Positions 10,501 to 20,255 of a stretch of DNA of 64,000 bases are shown piece after piece; positions within the stretch are counted from its first letter, which is position 1; every line of letters starts with the position of its first letter. This DNA comes from an uncultured cyanobacterium (GTDB taxonomy: Bacteria; Cyanobacteriota; Cyanobacteriia; Cyanobacteriales; Nostocaceae). The position numbers were made by a program, and so were the translations under genes. Where the stretch lies: NCBI GenBank assembly GCA_963740315.1, contig CAVUDP010000001.1:1056001-1120000 (forward strand), written 5' to 3'. The notes beneath the pieces were generated by a model. The model did no database searches, was not told the origin of the DNA, and was given only the letters and a program-made list of their open reading frames with translations.

Positions 10501-11015
10501 CCGTGATTGGACGGTTTGCTTCATAAATTCTTTATGGCTTGCTTATGGCTCAATCAGTGTTTGCTTGCATAATGTCTAATGTATGAGAATTAATACTATG
10601 AGTAATTCGGGTGAACCGTAATATTAGTGTGGTGTTTGCCGTCTTTTCGATAAAAAATAGGGTTATCTGTTAGTTCTATGCCGATAAATTTGATTTCAAA
10701 CTATGTTTTATCGGAAGTTTAACTTTTTTTTTGATGCAGGTAACGATAACGAAATTTGTATTACAGACATTTAAATACCGCATTTTTATGTTTAGTTTAC
10801 GTAATTCCTACTTTCTATACATACTTCTCGATCGACTTCAAAATTCTCAATAATAGTTAACAATTATTTCCACATTTTTGAAATTTCATTCCTTTTGACA
10901 TCAACATATATTTCTTTCGGAAGTAAAAGGTATGGTGTCTGCTAGCTAGCGTGGAAATAGGCTGTTTTTAATAAAGAATAGCTGTATGCCATCAAGTTAG
11001 TTCAAGGATAAGATT

Positions 11016-14000
11016 ATGTTCTCACTCGCTATTGTTGGAAAGTTATACCCTTTTATTGGACAAGCACCAATAATTACAGAAGGATATGTTACTCCCCAAG
11101 AAGCATCACTAATTTTTTCAGGTCCGCAATTCTTAGTTGCTTTAGTATCTGGAATCGTAATGGCGATCGCTTTTCAATTACTGCTGACCAATTTCTCAAT
11201 CGCTGTTGGGATTTCCGCGTTAGGTGAAGACTTAGGTGGTGATGACGATAGTGATACGGTTGGTGGAGCTATTCGCAAGGTAGAAGCGAAAGTCGGTATT
11301 TGGGCATTACTTACCGCGACGATAGCTTTATTCATTGCTAGCTTTTTAGCGGTAAAACTAAGTTTAATCGAAAGTACTGTTTTAGGCGGAATTATTGGTG
11401 TAGTAATCTGGTCTACATACTTTGCGCTGATTGCTTGGCTCGGTTCGTCGGCTGCTGGCTCGCTGATCGGTTCTCTGGTAAGTACTGCTAGTTCTGGCGT
11501 TCAAGGCATTATGGGTACCGCCACAAGCGTTTTGGGTGCGAATGCTGCTAAAAATCAAATGGTTTCCACAGCAGAAGATATTACCGCCGCAGTTCGTCGC
11601 GAATTAACTTCTGGTTTTGATGCCGATAGCATTAAAAACACTGTAGAAAGTTCTTTAAGTTCTGTAGATTTACCCAATTTAAACTTAAACGAAATTCGCG
11701 GTCAATTTGATAAAGTCCTTCAAGATGGCAACTTGCAATCTCTTGCTAGCAGCAATTTATTACAAAGCATCAACCGCGATACTTTTATCAACTTAATTAG
11801 CAATCGTACAGATTTTTCTCAACAGGATATTAATAAAGTTGCAGATCAGCTCGAAGGAGCTTGGCAAAACGCTGTAGGAGATCAAAATCCCACGCAGCAG
11901 GTAATAGATTTAATCGGAAAGGCTACTCCGGAGCAATTGAATTCCGAAGATTTGGGTTCGCACTTGCAGAAACAACTGGCTGAAGTTACAGCAGTTGGTG
12001 GTAGTGGTTTACTAATGCAGCAAGTAGTTAAATCTGGTTTAGGTGCGGCTGTTCCAGCTTTGATGAGTCGGGTTAATTTATCCGATTTGGATGTCGAGAA
12101 AATTAAACCTCAGTTACAAAAGCTCAAGGAAAAAGCTCCCGACATCGATATTGATAAGATTAGCCAACAGTTGCAAAATCTGAAAGAACAAGCTACCCAA
12201 AAAATATCTCAAGCATCTTCTAATCCCATCAAGGCAGATGTAGAAGAATATATTTTTAGTTCTTTTCCTTGGCATTTCAACCGTTTAACGCTAAAAGATG
12301 AATTCAAAGAAGCAATTTATGATACCAATGCAGACCCCAAAAAGGTCAAACAACGGTTAGAGGAAATTGACAAGGACTATTTAACCGATTTACTTAAACA
12401 ACGCCAAGACTTGAGTGAAGACAGAATCAAAGAAATCGTCCAACAGATGGAAGAAGTTCGCAGCGAAGTTTCACAAACCGTAAACGAAGCAACATCGCAA
12501 AACTTCCGCAGCCAAATTGAAGATTATCTCAGTTCTACAGGTAAGGAAGAATTAAACCCCGAAGCGATTAAGCAAGACTTTAGCAAATTATTAGAAGATT
12601 CCGAAGCCAATTTTGAAGAATTGAGCGATCGCTTACAAAAATTCGACCGCAACAATTTAGTAGGATTGCTTTCCAAGCGTGAAGATATTAGCCCTGAAGT
12701 TGCTAATAATATAGTTGGTCAACTTGAAAGCACTCGCGACGAAGTTTTGAATCGCGCTCAAGAATTGCAAGAACAAGCTAAAAATAAAGCTAACGAATTG
12801 CGAGGAAAAGTAGAAGATTATCTGCTCAATACCAACAAAGACGAACTCAATCCCGAAGGAATCAAACGCGAATTTAAGACACTCATAGAAGATCCAGAAG
12901 TCGGAGCCAAACAGTTACGCGATCGCCTTTCACAATTTGACCGCGATACGTTAGTTAAATTACTCGGTCAGCGCGATGATTTGAGCGAGGAACAGGTAAA
13001 TCAAAAAATAGACCAGTTACTGTCTGTACGCGATAACGTCTTGCAAGCACCGCGAAAAGTTGCAGAAAAAACCAAGCAGCAATACGAACAAACCGTACAA
13101 AAGGTTTCAGAGTATTTACGCAACACCGACAAAGAAGAACTTAACCCCGAAGGAATCAAACGCGATTTGCAAAAATTGGTTGACGATCCCAAACAAGGAG
13201 CTTCAGCAATAAGAGAAAGACTTTCACAAGTAGATAGAGAAACCTTAGTTAAATTGCTTTCTCAACGCGATGATTTGAGCGAAGAACAAGTTAACCAAGT
13301 AATTGACGACGTACAAGATACGATTAACGACATCGTAAAGGCACCGCGTCGTTTAGCCAAGCGTACCAGCGAACGAGCTGCAAACTTTGAAGCTAAGATC
13401 GAAGAATATTTACGCAACACAGACAAAGAAGCACTTAACCCCGAAGGAATCAAACGCGATTTACAAAAACTGCTCGACGATCCAAAACAAGGTGCTTCAG
13501 CAATAGGAGAAAGGCTTTCACAAGTAGATAGAGAAACCTTGGTAAAATTGCTTTCTCAGCGTGAAGACTTGAGCGAAGAACAAATTAACGAGGTAATTGA
13601 CAACGTACAAAATACGATTAGCGACATCGCAAAAGCACCAAGCCGTTTAGCCAAGCGTACCGGCGAAAGAGTTGCAAACTTCCAAGCCGACATCGAAGAA
13701 TATTTGCGCTCTACCGATAAAGAAGAACTCAACCCCGAAGGAATCAAGCGCGATCTACAGTTGTTATTGCAAGATCCACGCAGCGGAATTGAAAACATAG
13801 GCGATCGCGTTTCTCAGTTCGATCGTTCCACATTAGTATCGGCACTTTCGCAAAGAGAAGACATTTCCGAAGAAGAAGCCAACCGGATTGCAGATCAAAT
13901 CGAATCTACTCGCGACTCAATCGTCCAACAGTACCAACAGGTGCAACAACAGCTACAATCGGCAGTTGACGGAACTTTAGACAAAATTCGTAATTACCTC

Positions 14001-14414
14001 AACTCCTTAGAGCGTCCGGAGCTAAATTACGAAGGAATTAAACAAGACTTCACCAAACTATTTGACGACCCGCAAATGGGCTTTGAAGCATTACGCGATC
14101 GTCTATCAGAATTTGATAGAGATAGTTTGATTGCCGTACTCAGTTCCCGCGAAGATATTTCAGAAAAAGACGCGAATCGCATAGTTAATCAAATTGAATC
14201 AGCCAGAGATAGCGTTTTAGAAAGAGGAGAGCGCATCCAAAAAGAAACCAAGAAAAGAATAAAAGCCGTACAACAGCAAGTCAAAAAAGAAGCTAAAGAC
14301 GCAAAAGCCGCCGCCGCAAGTGCCGCATGGTGGTTATTTGGCGCAGCATTGACATCACTAGCAGCAAGTGCGATCGCTGGAGTATTAGCCGTCAGAAGCA
14401 TTTACTGGTGGTAA
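11016..14414 (+). CDS. large membrane-anchored helical repeat protein (1132 aa)
   Basis: N-terminal TM cluster, about six or seven ~100-aa repeats (YLRNTDKEELNPEGIKRDL..L.DP...RLSQ.DRETLV.LLSQR.D.SEE), C-terminal TM (AAWWLF). Confidence 0.85.
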   Translation: MFSLAIVGKLYPFIGQAPIITEGYVTPQEASLIFSGPQFLVALVSGIVMAIAFQLLLTNFSIAVGISALGEDLGGDDDSDTVGGAIRKVEAKVGIWALLTATIALFIASFLAVKLSLIESTVLGGIIGVVIWSTYFALIAWLGSSAAGSLIGSLVSTASSGVQGIMGTATSVLGANAAKNQMVSTAEDITAAVRRELTSGFDADSIKNTVESSLSSVDLPNLNLNEIRGQFDKVLQDGNLQSLASSNLLQSINRDTFINLISNRTDFSQQDINKVADQLEGAWQNAVGDQNPTQQVIDLIGKATPEQLNSEDLGSHLQKQLAEVTAVGGSGLLMQQVVKSGLGAAVPALMSRVNLSDLDVEKIKPQLQKLKEKAPDIDIDKISQQLQNLKEQATQKISQASSNPIKADVEEYIFSSFPWHFNRLTLKDEFKEAIYDTNADPKKVKQRLEEIDKDYLTDLLKQRQDLSEDRIKEIVQQMEEVRSEVSQTVNEATSQNFRSQIEDYLSSTGKEELNPEAIKQDFSKLLEDSEANFEELSDRLQKFDRNNLVGLLSKREDISPEVANNIVGQLESTRDEVLNRAQELQEQAKNKANELRGKVEDYLLNTNKDELNPEGIKREFKTLIEDPEVGAKQLRDRLSQFDRDTLVKLLGQRDDLSEEQVNQKIDQLLSVRDNVLQAPRKVAEKTKQQYEQTVQKVSEYLRNTDKEELNPEGIKRDLQKLVDDPKQGASAIRERLSQVDRETLVKLLSQRDDLSEEQVNQVIDDVQDTINDIVKAPRRLAKRTSERAANFEAKIEEYLRNTDKEALNPEGIKRDLQKLLDDPKQGASAIGERLSQVDRETLVKLLSQREDLSEEQINEVIDNVQNTISDIAKAPSRLAKRTGERVANFQADIEEYLRSTDKEELNPEGIKRDLQLLLQDPRSGIENIGDRVSQFDRSTLVSALSQREDISEEEANRIADQIESTRDSIVQQYQQVQQQLQSAVDGTLDKIRNYLNSLERPELNYEGIKQDFTKLFDDPQMGFEALRDRLSEFDRDSLIAVLSSREDISEKDANRIVNQIESARDSVLERGERIQKETKKRIKAVQQQVKKEAKDAKAAAASAAWWLFGAALTSLAASAIAGVLAVRSIYWW

Positions 14415-14438
14415 TCGCTAAATTTTGAATTCAAAAAA

Positions 14439-14464
14439 TGTAGAGACGTAGCACTGCTACGTCT
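14439..14464 (+). repeat. single REP family A copy
   Basis: tgtagagacgtagcactgctacgtct identical to 4183-4208. Confidence 0.85.
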
Positions 14465-14560
14465 TTTCGTATTTTTATTAGCATCGAAAATTTAGTGAAG
14501 ATTACAAACAACAACGCGATAAAATCCTTTACAGCGCCAAATTTAAACTATTTCATCAGC

Positions 14561-15442
14561 GTGAAAACAGATAGCGAAAAGTGTGATCTTGGGGGTTTCC
14601 CCCATGAACAACTTTTCAAGACAGCATCTTCTACCGTCTTTTTAAAGAATTCCCCAGCATCTTTTTTGAATTAATTGGTAACTCACCTCAAACAGCAGAT
14701 GCTTACGAATTCTCTTCCGTCGAAATCAAGCAAACAGCATTCCGAATTGATGGAGTTTTTCTTCCCACTCAAGCACAAGAAAACCCGATTTATTTTGTAG
14801 AAGTACAATTTCAAACCGACGAAGAAATTTATTTGCGGCTATTTTCAGAAATATCTTTATACCTCCGGCAAAACAAACCTAAAAATCCTTGGCGAGGAAT
14901 AGTAATTTATCCCAGTCGCAGCATAGATACAGCAGATATCAATCAATGAGCGCGAATTTTTTGAAAGCAGACGTGTTAACAGAATTTATCTTGATGAATT
15001 AGGAGAAACAACATCATTACCAGTGGGAATTGCTACCATAAAATTAATAATTGAAGATAAAAACACTGCCATTGTTGCCGCCAGAGATTTGATAGCCAGA
15101 ACCCAGCAAGAAATCAACTCTGAACGTCAGCAAAGACAGTTATTAGAATTAATAGAGACAATCTTAGTTTATAAATTCCCTAAAATGAGTAGAAAGGAGA
15201 TTGAAACCATGTTTGGATTAAGTGATTTGAAACAAACGCGAGTTTATCAAGAAGGTAAAGAAGAAGGGAAAGAAGAAGGGAAAAAAGAAGGGAAAGAAGA
15301 AGGACGTGTAGAATTACAAATTGAATCTATACCTAGATTACTAAAGTTAGGGCTAAGTATAGAACAAATCGCCCAAGGTTTAGATTTGGATTTAGAAGAA
15401 GTTAGACGACAAGTAAAAAATCAATCTCCAAATCAAGATTAA
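14561..15442 (+). pseudogene. Rpn/DUF2887-family PD-(D/E)XK nuclease, frameshifted twice
   Basis: GTG-KTDS..IFYRLF..SVEIKQTAFRIDGVF..YFVEVQFQ reconstructable; 50-bp insertion after codon 5 and a +1 shift with TGA near 14947; C-terminal part (LLELIETILVYKFP, TRVYQEG(KEEG)n) intact. Confidence 0.85.
14576..14625. mobile_element. 50-bp hairpin insertion (small dispersed repeat-like)
   Basis: gaaaagt...tgggggtttccccca...acttttc hairpin with gatagc/gacagc near-duplication at its ends; interrupts KTDS/IFY. Confidence 0.75.
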
Positions 15443-15481
15443 TTAAAAATATTTTTGAGAAATAGAAAGGAAGTCGAACCA

Positions 15482-15652
15482 ATGTTTGGATTAAGCGATT
15501 TAAAGCAAACGCGAGTTTATCAAGAAGGAAAACAAGAAGGACGTATTGAATCTATACCTAGATTACTAAAATTAGGGCTAAGTATAGAACAAATCGCCCA
15601 AGGTTTAGATTTGGATTTAGAAGAAGTTAGACGACAAGTAGAAAATCAATAA
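15482..15652 (+). CDS. stand-alone RpnS-like small protein (duplicate of the Rpn C-terminus, 56 aa)
   Basis: MFGLSDLKQTRVYQEG...IESIPRLLKLGLSIEQIAQGLDLDLEEVRRQV nearly identical to 15209-15442; preceded by AGAAAGGAAG. Confidence 0.7.
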   Translation: MFGLSDLKQTRVYQEGKQEGRIESIPRLLKLGLSIEQIAQGLDLDLEEVRRQVENQ

Positions 15653-15726
15653 TCTTTAACCCTGCCTAACCAACAAATATTTTGAAACTTGATGGTTGAA
15701 ACCCTAACTAAAAATCTTTATAAATT

Positions 15727-15774
15727 AGTCCGCGCAGGCGGACTTTGTTTGTGTAGAAGCGGTTTCAACCGCCG
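15727..15774. repeat. double-hairpin dispersed repeat
   Basis: agtccgcgcaggcggact-ttgtttgtgtag-aagcggtttcaaccgc; related copy at ~33798 (agcccaccttacggtgggct-ttgtttgagtag). Confidence 0.6.
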
Positions 15775-15826
15775 ATTTTGATCTTCAACCTTCAACCTTC
15801 AACCTTCAACCTTTAACCTATTATTT

Positions 15827-16864
15827 ATGCTTTCCCCCGAACTAAAAACAAAACTTTCAACACCTTTAAAAATTGGCTCGGTGGAAGTCAACAGCCGAGT
15901 TTTACAATCACCTTTATCAGGTGTTACCGACTTGGTATTTCGCCGTTTGGTGCGTCGCTATGCACCTGACTCAATGATGTATACCGAAATGGTTCATGCT
16001 TCGGGATTGGCTCATGTCAAGGAATTACCGAAAGTCATGGATGTTGATATAAACGAACGTCCGATAAGCATTCAATTATTTGATTGTCGTCCGGATTTTC
16101 TCGCACAAGCGGCTCTAAAAGCTGTAGCAGAAGGTGCGGATACTATCGATATTAATATGGGTTGTCCGGTAAATAAAATTACTAAAAAAGGTGGTGGTTC
16201 TTCGCTGTTACGACAGCCGGAAGTAGCCGAGGCAATAGTTCGCGAAGTTGTTAGCGCGGTTGATATTCCCGTAACTGTTAAAACTCGTATCGGCTGGGAT
16301 GATGCGGAAATTACTATCCTCGATTTTGCAAAACGAATGCAGGATGTAGGAGCGCAAATGATTACTATTCACGGACGTACTCGCGCTCAAGGATACAATG
16401 GTAATGCTCGTTGGGAATGGATTGCTCGCGTTAAGGAAGTGCTTGATATTCCGGTTATCGCAAATGGAGATATTTTTTCTGTTGAGTCGGCAATTAAATG
16501 TTTGGAAATGACTGGTGCTGATGGGGTAATGTGTTCGCGGGGTACTTTAGGTTATCCGTTTTTGGTTGGAGAAATCGATTATTTTCTTAAAACTGGAGAA
16601 AAGTTAGCTCCTCCGACAACTATTCAGCTTTTAGAATGCGCTAAAGAACATTTAAAAGCTTTGTGGGAATACAAGGGAGATAAAGGAATTTATCAAGCAC
16701 GAAAACATATGGCTTGGTATGCTAAAGGTTTTGTCGGTGCGGCGGAGTTACGACAGCAGTTTAATACAGTGGAAACGGTATTGGAAGGAGAAACTTTAAT
16801 TAATCGCGCAATTGAAAATCTGGTTAAAGATAGCTCATTAAAAAGGTTTGTAGTCAGAGCTTAA
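15827..16864 (+). CDS. dusB: tRNA-dihydrouridine synthase DusB
   Basis: SPLSGVTD, DINMGCP, TVKTRIGWD, IHGRT, ANGDI motifs. Confidence 0.92.
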   Translation: MLSPELKTKLSTPLKIGSVEVNSRVLQSPLSGVTDLVFRRLVRRYAPDSMMYTEMVHASGLAHVKELPKVMDVDINERPISIQLFDCRPDFLAQAALKAVAEGADTIDINMGCPVNKITKKGGGSSLLRQPEVAEAIVREVVSAVDIPVTVKTRIGWDDAEITILDFAKRMQDVGAQMITIHGRTRAQGYNGNARWEWIARVKEVLDIPVIANGDIFSVESAIKCLEMTGADGVMCSRGTLGYPFLVGEIDYFLKTGEKLAPPTTIQLLECAKEHLKALWEYKGDKGIYQARKHMAWYAKGFVGAAELRQQFNTVETVLEGETLINRAIENLVKDSSLKRFVVRA

Positions 16865-16900
16865 GCTCTCAAGATTGGGACTAAAGTCCTTACTACAAAC
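16846..16900. repeat. REP family B inverted doublet overlapping the dusB 3' end
   Basis: gtttGTAGtcagagcttaagctct ... ggactaaagtccttaCTACaaac. Confidence 0.8.
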
Positions 16901-16913
16901 CAATGAAATCTTT

Positions 16914-17966
16914 CTAAAAATCTCCAAATTCGTCAAATTCAAACATCTCCTCAAACAGATTATCAATCATTTCTTGGTTCCTTTGTCGTAAAATCGGAGG
17001 ACCTTTAAGAAATTCTTTAATTGTAATCTTTTTATCTCGAAAATCTTTGACGAAGTTACATATTGAAGAAATTACTTCAATTTCAGCTTCTACTTCTTCA
17101 ACCATGTGAGAAATTGGATCTATACCCTCGCGAGTAGCTTTCCTGAAACCTGAAACCATTTGTCCTTCATCTGTAGTCTTCGCCAGTCGAAGTTCGCTTT
17201 TTAAGTTTTCGTACTGGGTTTTGAGAAATTCGTTATGCTGCTCCAACTTCTTGCACTGACGAGTCAAATCATCTTCGCTATCAATTGAAAATGATTCTTC
17301 TACCTGATGCAGTCTTTCAATTTCGAGCAATCGCGCCAAATCACCTTCTTGATAGGCTTTATTAATTTCCTTCATTATTTCTGTGTGGTGCATCTGGATA
17401 TCGCCATCGGTGACTTTATCGGGATGAAATATCTCAGCTAACCTCAGAAATGTCTGACGAATCTTCTTTGATTCACCACTTTTGTTTGCACTCTCAACTT
17501 GTTGCGCTTCCCGATATCCTTGAGAACTATCTTGGTATTGCAATCCATCTTCACCTGAATCGGAGAAATCTTCTTCCGCTTCAAAGAAATCTTCTGAATC
17601 ACCATCATCTTGTTTAAAACCAAGTTTGATGCTGATTATCCCTCCTAATTGCAGGCTGCGATAAACCTGTTGGATGTTTTTCTTAGTTTGCTTTCCTAAC
17701 TTCCGTGCAGTCAAAATTTCATCAAAAAGCTGATGTATTTCCTCATCCAGACGCGCCATTTTCTGGAAACAAGGAGTACATCTACCATGTATTTCTGTCG
17801 CTACAGAGCGCATCTGTTCGAGAAAGTTATTTTGTTCGGTGCGTTTTTTCTTAATTTGCTTGAGTAACCATTGATGCTCTTTCTCCAAAGTTTCCAAACG
17901 GATGTGGAAAGAGGAAAGAGCCAGGGAGGTTGTTGGTGCAAACGTAGATGGAGATGGTGTAGACAT
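16914..17966 (-). CDS. J-domain-containing coiled-coil protein
   Basis: IRQTFLRLAEIFHPDK...MKEINKAY (HPD motif) in mid-protein; start set at MSTPSP. Confidence 0.85.
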   Translation of the reverse strand: MSTPSPSTFAPTTSLALSSFHIRLETLEKEHQWLLKQIKKKRTEQNNFLEQMRSVATEIHGRCTPCFQKMARLDEEIHQLFDEILTARKLGKQTKKNIQQVYRSLQLGGIISIKLGFKQDDGDSEDFFEAEEDFSDSGEDGLQYQDSSQGYREAQQVESANKSGESKKIRQTFLRLAEIFHPDKVTDGDIQMHHTEIMKEINKAYQEGDLARLLEIERLHQVEESFSIDSEDDLTRQCKKLEQHNEFLKTQYENLKSELRLAKTTDEGQMVSGFRKATREGIDPISHMVEEVEAEIEVISSICNFVKDFRDKKITIKEFLKGPPILRQRNQEMIDNLFEEMFEFDEFGDF

Positions 17967-18100
17967 AAAAAAGGTGAGTTCCTTCAAGGTTAATGTACCA
18001 AGTAGAACTGTTAGAAGCAAAGTACTTTAAATCCCAATCGCTCCTAAACTCTGATAATTTACTACTTTATACCGTTTCCCCAACGCTCTTACCCGCTTTA

Positions 18101-18292
18101 TTAAATAAGAACTACTTCAATATCTGATTCTTCTAAAGATAAAAACAAAGGTTCTTCGCGATCGCTTATAGAATTATTTTCTAATCTAATTATCCAACGT
18201 CCCGATACATCTTCAGCGGCTTCAACTACACCATGAAACTCAGAAACATATCTGGGATATAGTACTTTAACCAAACTTCCTATCTGAATCAT
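18101..18292 (-). CDS. small hypothetical protein, possible SH3/KOW-like beta fold
   Basis: MIQIGSLVKVLYP..G.V.....WII.L...L.LEESDIEV pattern. Confidence 0.55.
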   Translation of the reverse strand: MIQIGSLVKVLYPRYVSEFHGVVEAAEDVSGRWIIRLENNSISDREEPLFLSLEESDIEVVLI

Positions 18293-18472
18293 ATATAAAA
18301 CCAATATTTGGATGATTTTTAATTGTTAATAAGACCGATCGCGATAAAATAATCTAGCTATTTATTTAATTTTATAATCAGCTTTAATTAACCTATTTAT
18401 TATATAACAAGCTGAAAATTATCGTAAACAATCTTATGTATAATTTTCAATAGCATAGATAAAATAAATGAA

Positions 18473-18694
18473 TCATTTTTGTATAGGAAACCATTTTTCT
18501 GAAGCTTGTTTCAATTCGCTTAAGTTATATTGAGATTTCCAGTCACAACTGAGACAGTGAAATCCAAATGTTTGATTTGTGAGGTATTCACGATACTTTA
18601 TTCTTACGGAGGCGCAATATGGACAAGTCCCCCGAAGTATCAATTTCCTCAATTCTTTTGCTGTTTCCTGTTGCTTATCAATCATCTCTATCAC
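18473..18694 (-). CDS. small zinc-ribbon protein
   Basis: CPYC...CLSC cysteine pairs; AAAGGG upstream of the start region. Confidence 0.6.
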   Translation of the reverse strand: MIEMIDKQQETAKELRKLILRGTCPYCASVRIKYREYLTNQTFGFHCLSCDWKSQYNLSELKQASEKWFPIQK

Positions 18695-19186
18695 CCTTTA
18701 TGTTTTTACTTTCGCCGATTTATATATAAAAGCTTATAAATAATTATTATCAATTAACGATCGCGAATTATTAATTGTTTTGAAAAAAAATACAATACCT
18801 CTATCAGATGCTTAACAGAAAAAAATAATTTTCACTGCTAATGAGGAAAATTTTTAATATAAATTATGTTAATTTAGGATGGATTATACTGGGTAAAATA
18901 AGAGTCGATCCTGACTTCGTATCTTAGTATTTATTTTGGTAATTGTTACTTATAAAAACTATAGGTACTTTAAAAGATGGTTGCTATTTTTTGATTCGAT
19001 ACGTAGCAAAATTATAAAAAGATTTCTCCTACTTTTTCTGTTTCAAGGAGACTAAGTAATATATTTAAAATTTGGCTTTTAATGACCTAACAAATTTATA
19101 CGGAACAATCCACATTAAAAGTTATTTTATTTTTTTAGCTTTGCATAATACTTTTGAACTTGTCTGTACGCTATCGTACTTAACTC

Positions 19187-19903
19187 CTAAGTTTTTTTCG
19201 ATTCAAGCAAACGAATATATTCATTTTTGACAACGCGATAGCATTCACAGGCTGTAGCTTTTAGGGCGACGCGATCCAAAATGCTAATCTTACCACGGGT
19301 ATAGCGAATCATTCCTGCTTGTTGAAGGATACCAGCTGCAACAGTAACACCACTACGACGGGTACCTAACATTTGAGAAATAAATTCTTGGGTAAGGTGT
19401 AATTCGTCTTTCATTACACAGTCTCGTGCTGTCAGCAGCCAACGAGCAAGTCTTTCTTCAATATTGTGCTGTCGATTGCACGCAGCATTTTGCGAAGCTT
19501 GAGTAAATAATGCTTGCGCGTACAGTAACAGCAGTGTTTGTAGTTTTCCCCCTCGATCGAACTCGCTTTTCAGCACGTTGGCATTTAGCATCATGGCAGT
19601 ACCTTCAATTTGCACGATCGCACGGCTTGTAGTGGAATTACCTCCCAAAAAAACGGGCAAACCTACCATACCTTCTTTACCTACCAAGCTAATTTCTGTT
19701 GTAGAACCGTTTTCCATGATCGAAACTAAGGAAACCATAGCCAAGGTAGGGAAATAAACTTCTGTCATTGTTTCTCCCGGCTCGTATAAAACATCCCCAG
19801 CCATTAAGTAAACATTTTCTAAATGAGGAAGAAGGCGTTGGTAATCTTCTGGAGATAAAGCAGCCAGCAACTGATTAACTATTGCACCATCAATTTCGGA
19901 CAT
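19187..19903 (-). CDS. Crp/Fnr family transcriptional regulator
   Basis: cNMP-binding fold (VYFP..MVSL, VGKEGMVG), ERLARWLL, HTH LTQEFISQMLGTRRSGVT, C-terminal ACECY. Confidence 0.93.
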   Translation of the reverse strand: MSEIDGAIVNQLLAALSPEDYQRLLPHLENVYLMAGDVLYEPGETMTEVYFPTLAMVSLVSIMENGSTTEISLVGKEGMVGLPVFLGGNSTTSRAIVQIEGTAMMLNANVLKSEFDRGGKLQTLLLLYAQALFTQASQNAACNRQHNIEERLARWLLTARDCVMKDELHLTQEFISQMLGTRRSGVTVAAGILQQAGMIRYTRGKISILDRVALKATACECYRVVKNEYIRLLESKKT

Positions 19904-20255
19904 ATGAGAAACATTTTCTTGATTAAATCGTATTTAGAAAAACACCTGACGACACAAGAATAAAAACTATCTGAGTCATGTGCAAAGGGGTTTTTCCAAT
20001 AAATTGCCTACAGCATCAACAGCTTGTTAATACCAAGTTTAAAAAAGAATTTTACTAATGGATTTCTCGAAACACCAGAAAACTTGATGTTTGATAATTC
20101 AAAATCCCAGACACCTAGAGCAATGTAATGTCCTTAAAATTCAAAATTCTGTTAGGTTATTAGCTTTGCTGACACCATACGACTGTAAACAAAAGAATAC
20201 CGCGATCGCAGAAAATAACAGTACGCTATCGTACATAGGAGCCAGTTAAGTCCTG

